DNA of 52,911 nt from Octopus bimaculoides (taxonomy: Eukaryota). Shown in pieces: positions 36,291-48,375 of this stretch; positions within the stretch are counted from its first letter, which is position 1; each line of letters opens with the position of its first letter. The translations under genes were made by a program, and so were the position numbers. The stretch lies in NCBI RefSeq assembly GCF_001194135.2, contig NC_068987.1, positions 94,395,621 through 94,448,531 of the forward strand, written 5' to 3'. Under the pieces are notes generated by a model. That model had not been told where the DNA came from. It saw only the letters and a list, made by a program, of their open reading frames with translations, and did no database searches.

Positions 36291-36469
36291 GCAGATACAT
36301 CCTTCATATATACATGAGGGTGGGTGTGTGAGTGAGTCACAGAGAGAGAGAAATCTAACAGTTGTGATGGCCTGTGAAAAGACTGAACGTTGGACGACTA
36401 GAGACGAGGAGAAGAAAAAAAATGCAGTTAGTATTAGAAGAGAGGTGAGAGGTCACAGTAGGAAATACT

Positions 36470-36670
36470 GGGCTGTGATTGGCTGAATCGATTGTGGCTT
36501 GCTGATTCTTGAAAAAGCGAGAACGTGGAACCCAAGCTTGGCCGAAACAGCAGCAGCAAGCAACACACAGCATCCCCATCATCACCACCACCACCAGCAG
36601 CTGCATCAGTTGAAACAGCAGCAGCAGCAGCAAAAGTCAGTACTTGCTGACGAAAGACTGCACTTAGTTG
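36470..36670 (+). promoter_or_regulatory. Candidate RNA Pol II promoter / first non-coding exon
   Basis: A reverse CCAAT box (CTGTGATTGGCTGA, ATTGG at 36478-36482). Inr TCAGTT with A at 36608 and AGTCA at +28..+32. A second TCAGTA with A at 36639 and AGTTG at +28..+32. Confidence 0.4.
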
Positions 36671-39132
36671 TGCTGACGGTTTAGGAAGGAAAATTTATAT
36701 TGGAAAAAAAAAGGAGAGAAAAAAAAAGAACATTACATACACCCCCTTTGCATACACACACACACACACACATGTAAACGAGAAGGGGGTAGGAAATATT
36801 GAAAAGAGAAACAAGAGAAATCCGAACCAACCAAACAACCGAAAGAACTGCACTAATTTCTAAAGCAAGAAATTATTAGACGTGTAAGGAATTACCATTA
36901 ATACCACTTCAACTATTACTGCTGCTACAAATAGAAAAACGGTAATTACTGGTACTGAAAGTAAACCATAATTATTATAACAGAATTGTTTATAAAACGC
37001 TAACAATTTTAAGTAGTAACAATTACAGCAGTATTATTATTGTTATTATTATTATTATTATTATTATGACTGAACCGAAAGCGAAGAAGTGGATATTTAA
37101 AGTATAATATATGCATTTATACACACACCTCTAAATATAAAACATATATATCCACAAAAAATATATCTAGAAATATTTAGATATATCATTAACTAAAAGC
37201 AAAATAGCAACAGGAAGAATACAAAACAACAGTAATTTTAACAGCAACTGAAGCCTGTGAATTTCCGTGGCTATCCTCAAGCTTCCTACATATTCATTCA
37301 GTCTCTCTCTCTCCACCACCTCTCTCTCTCTCTCTCTCTCCCTCCCTCCCTCTCTCTCTCCTTTATATATATATATTTATATATAAAATTTCATAACGAA
37401 CTCTAGTGTGCTTTACACTTATTCTACTTCTCCGGCTGGTGAAAAATAGACAGCCACCAGTTAAGTCGTTTCTGCTGTTAAAAATCTTATTCTTCAGCTC
37501 CCACATTTTTTTTTTACCTCCTACAACCAAGGAAGGACCTTACTACGCGACACATTTTCATTTACCAAATATCTTTGGACTTCAGATTTTTTATTCTATC
37601 AAAGGATATTTTTTGCGTTGCTTTCCGATTCACATTTTTTTTTATACATAATCACACACATCGAAACACGCACACTGACACACAATAAAATACTTGCAGG
37701 CATGCATACGCATATCAACATATAGATAGAGCTTCATCACAATATAAGCCCACATGAAATAAGTATACATACTACCGGAGATATAAACCTACATACTTGC
37801 TTCTGTCTAGTAGTCTATTCTCTCTCTCTCTCTCTCTTACACACACACACACATTCTTCCTCATATATATATATATATATATAGTTTTAGCAACAAATTA
37901 GGAACACACTTTTCTGAAGGAATATATTGGATGTATAGTAATAACATACACCTGTATAAATAGAGGCACATGTATATATATAGAGGCATGTGTATATGAT
38001 ATGGAAGGAGGCACCGACTGCCAAAACAGTCACTGAGCCTCGTATGACATGGCCATAACAATATAACGTGCAAAACGTATCAGCACTTTTGTCTCTGAGT
38101 CCGAGTGCTTCTGCTGCAAAGTGCACGTGCCTGTATGTTAGATGCATGCAAATGCCTATTTGGAGGCATGTGTGTGAATGAGTGGATGTGCGTGGGCATG
38201 AATGAAATCGCCTGCTCGTATTTAGTGTGTATTTAAAAGACGTGTCGCTACCATTTACATACATAAATATACATACATACATACACACCATATATATACA
38301 AATATATATATATTGATTGTATAGTTATGTGTGTTTACGCAAGTATATGTAATTAAAATCTAATGTAATTGATATACTATATTCTAATCTCTATGTGTAT
38401 CTACTCATAAAATTTATATAGAAATGGAGAGGAAAAAAATCTCGTTTACCCCGGATCTATGGAACATGTATTGTACCAAGTTAAACAGATGATGTCCTGC
38501 TGATCACATTGTTGATATTTTTTAACCACGGATTAATATTTATGGAGAAAAAAAAGAAAAGATAAAATACGAAAAAAAAAAAAGAAATTAAATTTCACTC
38601 CAAAATATCGTCAGGATGAAACAACACGACAACAACAAAAAAAATTAGGAAAAGCAACATCTAGTCTAACACTATCACAAGTGTAACAGCATTATTACAC
38701 TACATTGTAACACGAAGACATTATTATTAGTAGTAGTATTGCTGTTGTTGTTCTAAATGCAACTACAGCAACGATAAAATATATTCCAAATAATTTCTGT
38801 GATTATCCTGCGATACAATCTATTCACATCTTGGACCATGTAAGTACCACGTTGTTTATTCTCTCTTATCCTATCTTTTGCTTTATTCCATTAATGCTGT
38901 ATATGTTTATTATTGTATGTCTCCGATACTTTTCAGTATACTTAACAAATATAGCATTGAATGGGTGCTTTATAACTCCCATTAACACAAGTAACACAAT
39001 GTGTGTGTGTGTGTGTATAGATATTGTGGCGTATTTAGGCGTTTAACCGATAAGTACCACGACCTCAACAGTAAACTCGGCAACATGACTTGAACCCTAT
39101 AACTGTCCTTTTGCTGGAAGCCCCATTATCGG

Positions 39133-39167
<35 letters not shown>

Positions 39168-40254
39168 TTGTGAATGCGTGAGAATAAAAACAAACGTTAG
39201 AACTATATGGGTGGACGTGTTTACAGTTTCTTTCGGATTGTTTATAAATTTGACGGTGAGTGTTTAAATAATAACGTAGAAATATTGGTTGTTTCATGCA
39301 AAGAAAATTAAACGTCCAGCTTGTTAAATGTGTAAATTCTATTTGTGAAGACAACAGATACAAGAATATACACCAGCTTTCTGAAAAGTTGTTGGTTTCT
39401 AACTTGGCTCTGTTTAGTTTCTGATGTGACCGCTTGCCCTACTTGGAATATAATGCATCTCTTGCCCAAACCACATTCCATTAGATGAAAAAGGACACAT
39501 TCTGTAAATGGGGTCCAGAGTACTCTAGTATTAGGAGATTAAAAAAAAAAAAAAAAGGGGCGGAAGGGACGATTTGTTTGAATATTTATAATCATTACTG
39601 TATTCGATTGGGGTTAACCCGAGGCTGAAGTATTTGTAGGGTGGATATATTTGCATCTGTATATTCGTACGTGAGAAATAAAAAAGCGTGTGCATGCACA
39701 TGGATGGATGGATGGATAGATAGATAGATAGATAGATAGATATTAGTGTATGTATGTATAGAGAGAGAGCATTGGCATACGTATTACGTGAGCGCTGTTA
39801 TTTACCAACATGTAATTGTCACCTTAATTACTTGAAGACACGTGGCTGTTGGTGCACACTGGAGCAGCTGTCTGTGCATTTTAAATGCACATTCTGTGTA
39901 AGAATTGTTGACTTCAGTGTGTCAACAATGGTTTAGATATGAAGATAAACCAACAGGTACCGCCTCATAAGAAATGATGCCAGCCTTGCTATTTACCAGA
40001 GTCTTATCGCTTTTATTAAAAGAAAAAGAATTCCCGAAATGCAGACAATATATATCTCGGCTACAAATGATTGCATATAGCTGTGTGTGTGTGTATAGCT
40101 TGTGTTCGTTATATGCATATATATACAAGTGTATATATGTGGATATAGGCATCTGAACATGCCTGTATATAGATGATCCACGTAAACGCTTGCATGCGTG
40201 CAAGTGTCAGTGTGCATATATGAGTATATGTACAAATATGTAAATGCATGTATA

Positions 40255-40292
<38 letters not shown>

Positions 40293-40855
40293 CACACACA
40301 CACACACACACACNNNNNNNNNNNNNNNNNNNNNNNNNNNNNNNNNNNNNNNNNNNNNNNNNNNNNNNNNNNNNNNNNNNNNNNNNNNNNNNNNNNNNNN
40401 NNNNNNNNNNNNNNNNNNNNNNNNNNNNNNNNNNNNNNNNNNNNNNNNNNNNNNNNNNNNNNNNNNNNNNNNNNNNNNNNNNNNNNNNNNNNNNNNNNNN
40501 NNNNNNNNNNNNNNNNNNNNNNNNNNNNNNNNNNNNNNNNNNNNNNNNNNNNNNNNNNNNNNNNNNNNNNNNNNNNNNNNNNNNNNNNNNNNNNNNNNNN
40601 NNNNNNNNNNNNNNNNNNNNNNNNNNNNNNNNNNNNNNNNNNNNNNNNNNNNNNNNNNNNNNNNNNNNNNNNNNNNNNNNNNNNNNNNNNNNNNNNNNNN
40701 NNNNNNTATTAAATATATTGTATATATTATATGTATGTATATATTATAAATACACACACACGCATACATGTATGTATGTATGCATATAAAATAGCCTATA
40801 TAATAATGCATATGTATGTGCGTGTCTTGTATATATGTTTATACTTAAAAACATA

Positions 40856-40893
<38 letters not shown>

Positions 40894-40999
40894 ATGCTAT
40901 AGTTTCCATATACGGTATATTACGTGTGTGTGTGTATGTTTGTGGTGTATTTTATGTATGTGATTGTATCATTCTATTCTATAATTACTTCTATTCTAT

Positions 41000-41150
41000 A
41001 ATTAGTTTCGGCATTTCATCCATCTTTACGTTCTGGGTCGACTTCATCTTTCATACTTTCGGGGTCGATAAAATATGTACCAGTCGAGCACTGCTGTCGA
41101 CTTAATCGACTTATCCCGAAATTGCTGGCCTTGTACCAAAATTTGAAGCC
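41000..41150 (+). mobile_element. SINE family B, partial
   Basis: Central domain and the tail GCTGGCCTTGTACCAAAATTTGAA. Confidence 0.8.
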
Positions 41151-41340
41151 AGTATTAGTTGACTAAGTTTGTTCTTATTCACGGTAGAATTTATGTGGGT
41201 AATGGGTTAATACCTGTAACCGTAGGGATTCACAATAGTCCTTCAGTCTTAAAACCCTCCTGCTAATCTTCCCTCTCCTTAAGAGGCATACTTCTTGTAG
41301 AAGCTATACAGGACATTCTATTATTATTATCATTATTATT

Positions 41341-41765
41341 AGAATGGCCAGAGTGAATGGGCCTACTCTAAGCATGCACCTGTAGACAAAGTGCAGAGGG
41401 TGCTTATCCTAGTGGTCAGGACCGTCGTGGATTTGTGGGGTTTCCACGAGCAGTCCAGGGAGGTCTCCCTCTTTTGGAGAATTTTGTTGTTAGAATCGAT
41501 TTTCATTATTTACGCGGCTTTCATGTTACACGGCTTTCATGTAGCCCACTCTATTCTATTTGTCCTGCGCTGTCCACTATGCTTTTTTTATGTAAACCCT
41601 TTGTGGTTAATAAAGAAATGATAGCTATTATTATTATTATTATTTTCTTCCTCTGTTTAGACGAACTTTCCTACCTTTTCGGACAAAACCTTTTGTAACC
41701 TTCGTCCTGTCTTTGTCCTTACATGTTTTCAATTGATATTAGCCCTTGTGGCCAATAAAACGAAT
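41341..41765 (+). mobile_element. Two truncated LINE 3' ends (L1/Tx1-like) ending AATAAA plus (ATT)n
   Basis: 41341-41625 reads RMARVNGPTLSMHL* then a UTR ending CCCTTTGTGGTTAATAAAG-ATT repeats. 41660-41765 ends CCCTTGTGGCCAATAAAAC-ATT. A similar end is at about 26040-26080. The clade assignment is tentative. Confidence 0.5.
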
Positions 41766-41774
41766 TAATTATTA

Positions 41775-42360
41775 TTATTATTTTGGTTTGTCTCAGATTC
41801 GGTCTTATTAATGGTAGGATTTATGTGAGCAGCGGGTTACTACCCATAACCTAAGGTATCCACAAGTTTTCATCAGTCTTTCAAGTGCTTAGAACCCTAC
41901 TGATAATCCTTGCTGTCCCTTAGAGATAAACTTACTGTAGAACCTCTACTGGGAACCCTATTCCAATCTCCTTCGGCCATTTGTCTATATCTTGGCTTAC
42001 TCTTCCCAATGAACCAATTATTATAGGCGCGGCTTTTACTGTTCTTATGCTCCAAATTCTTCCTATTTCAAATTTTAAGGGATAGTATATTCTTTGTTTT
42101 TCCTCCTGTTTCTTTACGATCCTGGAATCAAACGGGTATGATGGGTCGATCAGCAAGCAACTTTGTTTTTGCTTATTTCCAATTATGTCCAGTCTATTAT
42201 TTTCTAATTTTTTGTCCGTTTGAATAGGAAAGTCCCACAAAATTTTACATTTCTCCGATTCCAGTACTCTTTCGACTCGATTACTTTACCAAGTGTAACC
42301 ATCATCAACTCCTTTCTGGCACAGTTTCCAGTGTAAAACTTTTACAACCTGGTCGTGCCT
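41775..42360 (-). mobile_element. R4/Dong-type LINE 3' fragment (RLE domain plus 3' UTR)
   Basis: RHDQVVKVLHWKLCQ, then WDFPIQTDKKLENNRLDIIGNKQKQSCLLIDPSYPFDSRIVKKQEEK...PIIIGSLG. It is bounded by (ATT)n. Confidence 0.88.
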
Positions 42361-43209
42361 TGATTTCTTATTATTATTCGTTGTTATTAACTTTGGACTC
42401 ATTCTTCTGTCTCCCACCCACCCTATATAAGCAATGGAAAATGGACAGAAGCCCGACTTAATGCTGGTAAAGCGCCATTTCGACATATTCAACCACACAA
42501 ATTGCATAATCTTTAACTCTATCATTTACAAACAGCGTAGTTAGAAACAAAGCAGCGAAGAAAGAACTAAAACGGAATTAAATTTGGGCTAAATTCATTT
42601 TTTGTCTAACACACACACGGCTTAGTAAAAGTGGTTTACTTAGTGTCCACTATTCTCTTTAGTGCCTCTGTTAGCAGTGGGAGGAAGGGAAAAATGTAGC
42701 ATCAAACCTGTTTGTTGGTCCGAATGCTTGCGACAGAGTGGACTCCATCAAAGACATCCAAAGCTTTAGATGATGGAGTTAAACTGACTGACAAAACCGC
42801 CGCTACCAGCTTATCCATGTCTTTTGTCTACGAAGACCTTTAGTACAATTCTGTGGCCGATCCGATGCTGTCACAGAAGGTACCTGCCAAATGACCTCCT
42901 AATGCATCCCGAGACGAAGTAGGTGTGAAGGGAAATTTTGACCCTCATAGGTGTGTGTGTGTGTGTGTGTTTTATAATAAAAACAATTTTACACTAAATT
43001 TAAGAATTATTCAATACATTTGATACAGATTTTTTCTTTAACTAGAATCATGGCTTAGCTCACCAAAATTTCGAAGTCTCTGTCAATACCATTCTTGTAA
43101 AAGAATTATCATAATATGTTTGTGTGTGTGTATGTGTGTGTGTGTGTATGTGTGTGTGTGTGTACACAACAGTAATAATAGAATTTATTTTGCTCCTTCT
43201 CTATAGAAG

Positions 43210-43345
43210 CCACACTAAATACATTCAGGCAGGACGGGATGATATCTGTTGCAGGATTACTCAACGTGAAATGAAGTGTTTTACTCGAGAACGCGACGCA
43301 TTGCCTGGTCCAGGGATCGAAACCACACTCTTACAATCAAAAGTC
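43210..43345 (-). mobile_element. Third tRNA-related SINE family, head fragment
   Basis: Minus strand GGACTTTTGATTGTAAGAGTGTGGTTTCGATCCCTGGACC (B-box) followed by GTTCTCGAGTAAAACACTTCATTTCAC. Confidence 0.55.
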
Positions 43346-43365
43346 CAACATTACGTTACGCGCTT

Positions 43366-43429
<64 letters not shown>

Positions 43430-43959
43430 TCATCACACATGAAACAACATTTGAAATATGTACATGCGCTAACTCTTAAACAATATACTCCATTCACGAT
43501 GCACAGCAGCGATTTGTTTATCTCTGAGAGTTTCTGCTTTTCGAAGTTCCATGCCTTTTGAATCCGTCTGTGCATCTAAGTTTTTTTTCTTCTTAGTGTG
43601 CATACATACATACGCGCGTACGCATGTGAATGTATGCATTGGTGTTGCATAATTGTCATTCGCAACAACTTTAAAAAAGATGGTTCAATTATAAACGCAT
43701 TGTTGGTCATTTTTTAGTCTACTACTACTACTACAGCAAAACACAACTAAACTCGCTCCGCGATAACCACTGGTATTAATGTATTGTGGATTAAATTGAG
43801 AGCGGTATATTACTGGTGTCAACTATATTTCAGTCAATTCGACACCGTCTTAAATTTGAAATTAAAATGTGAAAGGGCCTTGTCAAAAGCATCAGTATGT
43901 ATGTATGTATGTATGTTGTGTGTGTCACTCTCCTAGAGCTCCAGAAACAACAATAATAA

Positions 43960-44330
43960 TTGATAATCCTTTCTATTGTAGTCACAAGGTCTGAAATCTT
44001 TTGGGAGGGGACTAGTCTATTACAGCGACCCCAGTGTTTCACTTGTGTTTAATTTATCGACTCCGAAAGAATGAAAGGAAAAGTCGACCCCGGCGGAATT
44101 AATAATAATAATAATAATCCTTTCTATTGTAGGCATAAGGCCTGAAATTTGGTAGAGAGGGGAATGAATCGATTACATCGATGACAGTGTTCAACTGGTA
44201 CTTATTTCATAGACACCGAAAGGATGAGAGGCAAAGTCGACCACGGCGCAATTTGATCTCAGAACGTGAAGACACGAAATACCGCTAATCATTTTGCCCG
44301 GCGTGCTAACGACTCGGCCAGTTCGCTGCA
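43960..44330 (-). mobile_element. Two SINE family B copies (43960-44100 truncated; 44112-44330 complete) separated by (AAT)n
   Basis: Reverse-complement central domains at about 44050-44095 and 44195-44250. Confidence 0.85.
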
Positions 44331-45094
44331 TTACAAAATAATAGAAATAATTTCTAACACAGAAAGAAATCTGCATTAAAGTTTGACGCTAATTACACTA
44401 AGTCTGATTAATGGTTATCTTCATCGATTGATAGCAACTTCCACCTTTGTCGTGCTCAATGTCAAAGACAACAATATCGGTAACTTCGTCAACAATCACA
44501 GCACCATTGTCCTCCATCCAAGATCTCTATTGTTTTAGAAGAGATACACCGTTTATGCTTCTGAGGATCGGTTCACCGTTAGTGACTTGATTGGTAACGA
44601 CCTTCAAGGATAAACATCAATGTGAAATCGTTTCGGTGTTGAGTGTAAAAATTCATACAACTAAACACGACAAAGCAATTTGGTTCGTTCAGCGACCATT
44701 CTTTGTTCCATATTAATGTAAATAATGGTTTCTTTTATCGACGGAAGAAGAATCATTACAAAACTTGTCGCCGGGGTGGGGGGAGGCCATAAAATTATAG
44801 AGGAGGCATGGAAGGCGCCTTTAGGATAGATACAAAATGGAAAACGTCTCGATAGATGGGAAGACCAGCTGGAGCTAATCGAGGAACCACCAAAGTTTCT
44901 GGATTGTAATTAGGGACCAATTTGACATATTGAGCACAGGTTTACTTTGAAGGGATTCTTATCAGATGAATCCACCCAGAAATATGAGCAAACAGCGGTA
45001 CAGTTTATCTTTAATGACATTCTGTTGCCTTCATAACAACACTCCTCACAACAGTAAGGACAGTTACTGCTGCTGCTGTTGTTGTTGTTTCTAA

Positions 45095-45240
45095 TTTCGG
45101 CCCAAGGGCATATTCGGGTAGGGAAAGAGTTTAATCGATAACATCGACTCCAGTACTTAACTGATATTGCGTTTTATTGACCTCAAAGAGATGAAAGTCA
45201 AAGTTGACCTCGCCCTGATTTGATCTCAAAACGTAAAGAT
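45095..45240 (-). mobile_element. Diverged SINE family B copy
   Basis: AATCGATAACATCGACTCCAGTACTTAACTG...AAAGAGATGAAAGTCAAAGTTGACCTCG. Confidence 0.7.
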
Positions 45241-45319
45241 TCGTAAGAAATATCAATCTCTTGCAATTTCTGCAAATTTTTACTCATTTTGTTTTACTTG
45301 GGTTAAAAGGTTGATCGAT

Positions 45320-45650
45320 AAAATCCACCCGAGTTCTTACTTTTTAAGTTTTGTACTTATTCTTACCGGTCTCATTTACCGAACCGTTAAGTTACTGAGA
45401 TGTGAACAAACCAGTACCGGTTGTCAAATGTTAGTATGGAAGCAAAGAGAAACAAAAAACGCACATGCACACACACATATATATACATATGTGACGTGCT
45501 TCTGCACAGTTTCCGCTTATAATATTCACTCACAAGGCATAAGGTCGGTCTGGGTCTATAGCTGAAGAAACCCTTCATCAGACGCAGTCGGATTGAACAC
45601 GAAATCACATAGTTTCATAGTGAGCTTCTTCGCCACACAGCCATGCCTGA
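45320..45650 (-). mobile_element. Diverged SINE family A copy
   Basis: CGGTCTCATTTACCGAACCGTTAAGTTAC..., CAGTTTCCGCT...CTCACAAGGCAT..GGTCGG, and a head ending GCCACACAGCCA. Confidence 0.75.
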
Positions 45651-46614
45651 TTTTCAAATAGCTTATTTGGAGAAATGCAATTTATTCATTTTACTCACGT
45701 CTGCAATATGAAGCAATAAGGCTTCTGCTTTATAATTGGTCAAAATCAATTTTTTTCTTCGCACGTCACCGAAAACAAAATGGTCATAATTCACTCTCCA
45801 AAGCAATTGGAATAAAAGTTCAAAGACGGAGATACGAGATAAAAAGGGTCATCCTTTGTTCAAAACGAAAGACGGCCTATAAGAGCGACGGATTTACTTA
45901 AAAACTTTCAGCTATTGAACTTATTTCGGTTTTTCGACTACAATTTCTTCTACCATAGGAAACGACTTATCTTTAGGCTAAAAAAACATTTTCTAAAGTA
46001 AACCTATTATTTTCCACTTAATTATTTACTGAAATGGAAAATAAGAAAAAATACATCGTGGAATATTCTTTATCGTGATTAAAATTTCCCTGAAACCTAT
46101 CATTTATCACTTTGTTTATGTATGAGGAAATTTTGACAATGATATTTCAAATATAATGTTGCGTTGATATTGTGGACAAAATTATTATTTAAAAAGTCCT
46201 TCAGATATTCATTGTCTACCTCAAATATTACCAACGTAGATATTCGTATTCACAAATGAGAGAATTCTATTTTCACAACTTACAAGAAAAAGCAACAGTC
46301 TCCTTTAAATTGACAGAAAGACACATTATGATGAAAACAGAAACTTGTCGAGGAATTTGTTTACAGAGAAGTCAGATCTAAGTAAATGTAAATTTTGTAC
46401 AATGTATACATTGAGTTTGCAGAAAATGAAATAAAACACTTTAAAAATAAGCATTTTTACTTAAACCACTTAAACCATATTAAAAGGTTATTTATTAAAT
46501 ATTCACCGTGAAAGAAAACCTAAATTTCAATTATTTACCTAATTGAAAAGCACCCAAATATAACCTCTTTATTTTTTTAGAAATGAAAACAGAATTAAGG
46601 TGAATAACTTTTTA

Positions 46615-46842
46615 TTGGGTTGTCTGGAAAGTTCGTGCCGATTTATAGTAGCTTACCTTTTGACTTATTTACCATGAAACCACCTCAATTCTGGGAAGAG
46701 GGTATTTTCAATTTAAAGGAAAGATGGAGACGCATTGTGCAACAAAATGGTTCATATTTGTCTGATTAAAAATGTAATGGCAAGTATTTATTGACCTTTT
46801 TCTTTCCATTAAAAATCGGCACGAACTTTCCGGACAACCCAA
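46615..46842 (+). mobile_element. 228-bp internally deleted mariner (MITE) retaining the transposase C-terminus
   Basis: 30-bp TIRs (TTGGGTTGTCTGGAAAGTTCGTGCCGATTT, one mismatch) with TA on both sides. 46662-46769 encodes DLFTMKPPQFWEEGIFNLKERWRRIVQQNGSYLSD*, matching the mariner terminus FY..GI.KL.ERW.K.....G.Y. Confidence 0.93.
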
Positions 46843-47754
46843 TAATTCCTTAAATGATTTTTTATACTGAAACTGAAAATATTTTCTGCCAAGGGAAGCA
46901 TTTTAAGTGAACAAATGAGTTAAATTTAGCAACGAGTGCAGTAGTAGTAGTAGTAGTAGTAATATGATGCTGTCTCATGGGGAAAAAAATCCCAGCTCGA
47001 TTGTTAAGCACAGTTAATTCTTGGTGGTGGTGCTGGTGGTATGAACAGCCTATTACAAGATCAACAGCAGTGAAAAACTTGTTTAAGCACCTGCTCTGCT
47101 CATATTCACCAGCAAACTTACGGCTGAGGGCGTCTTAATTATCTTCTTCCTAATTATGTCTAATTTCAACAAAAGTGTACTCGGGACGACGTGCTTCTGT
47201 TTCAATATATCACCAAATATTTTAATCATTTTATATTGAAAGATCTGAAGAGAATGTGGCTACGATTTTTTACAAGCGTGACCGCCAACAAAAATGATTA
47301 TGCAACAAGCTGCATCCACAGTTTCATACACATAAACCGGAAAATAAAGAGACACTCAAACAGCTATAAAGATGTGGTGTGAGGGTGTCGTCTGCGTGTA
47401 TGAGCCTGTGTGTGTGTGTGTGTGTGTGTCTGTCTGTCTGTCTGTCTGTTTGTGTGTGTGTCTGTGTTAGTCTGTGTATGTCCCTCTGTCTTCTGTCTGT
47501 ATGTCTGTGTCCTGTGTGTGACCCACCTTTTCCCAACCAGTGTTGGTATGTTATCGTCCCAACTAAACGGTTGGGCAAGAACGAGCTAAACAACGGGAGT
47601 CAATTTGCACGTTTAATTCGTTTTCAAAATTTCACACTTCCGTCCCTAGTTGTAGTTAGTTCGATGACTGAGACAAATACATGTGTGTAGAAAAACACAG
47701 ACAAACATTTTAAAGTTATTTATAAGCTGTAGTATGATTTATGATATATTATAC

Positions 47755-47906
47755 AGGAGTGGCTGTGTGGTAAGTAGCTTGCTTACCAACCGCATGGTGC
47801 CGGGTTCAACCCACTGCGGGTAAGTGTCTTCTACTACAGCCTCAGGCTGACCAAAGCCTTGTGAATAGATTTGGCAGGCGGAAACTGAAAGAAGCCCGTC
47901 GTGAAT

Positions 47907-47957
<51 letters not shown>
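47755..47957 (+). mobile_element. SINE family A, 5' half, running into (TA)n and a gap
   Basis: The head is near-identical to the copies at 7224 and 21928. Confidence 0.88.
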
Positions 47958-48301
47958 NNNNNNNNNNNNNNNNNNNNNNNNNNNNNNNNNNNNNNNNNNN
48001 NNNNNNNNNNNNNNNNNNNNNNNNNNNNNNNNNNNNNNNNNNNNNNNNNNNNNNNNNNNNNNNNNNNNNNNNNNNNNNNNNNNNNNNNNNNNNNNNNNNN
48101 NNNNNNNNNNNNNNNNNNNNNNNNNNNNNNNNNNNNNNNNNNNNNNNNNNNNNNNNNNNNNNNNNNNNNNNNNNNNNNNNNNNNNNNNNNNNNNNNNNNN
48201 NNNNNNNNNNNNNNNNNNNNNNNNNNNNNNNNNNNNNNNNNNNNNNNNNNNNNNNNNNNNNNNNNNNNNNNNNNNNNNNNNNNNNNNNNNNNNNNNNNNN
48301 N

Positions 48302-48375
48302 AAGTCTTCGTCAGCAGGTACATATAAGCACATGCTAATTATGTTCAACCTAGTTGTACCTGCTGACGAAGACTT
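48302..48375. repeat. Perfect 21-bp inverted repeat with 32-nt spacer at a gap edge
   Basis: AAGTCTTCGTCAGCAGGTACA (48302-48322) and TGTACCTGCTGACGAAGACTT (48355-48375). Confidence 0.9.

Noticed and set aside
36499-36684. ORF with poly-His/poly-Gln resembling a transcription-factor N-terminus
   Set aside because: It is short, has no ATG start, ends in a stop without a domain, and the runs are trinucleotide repeats. A UTR/promoter reading fits better.
42737-42786. ACTCCATC...GATGGAGT hairpin as a pre-miRNA
   Set aside because: The stem is too short and bulged for a Drosha substrate, and it matches no family I recognise.
44400-44540. Minus-strand SWMEDNGAVIVDEVTDIVVFDIEHDK as an exon
   Set aside because: The composition matches the decayed GAT/GTT trinucleotide tracts seen at 6840-6950 and 9480-9800; no homology.
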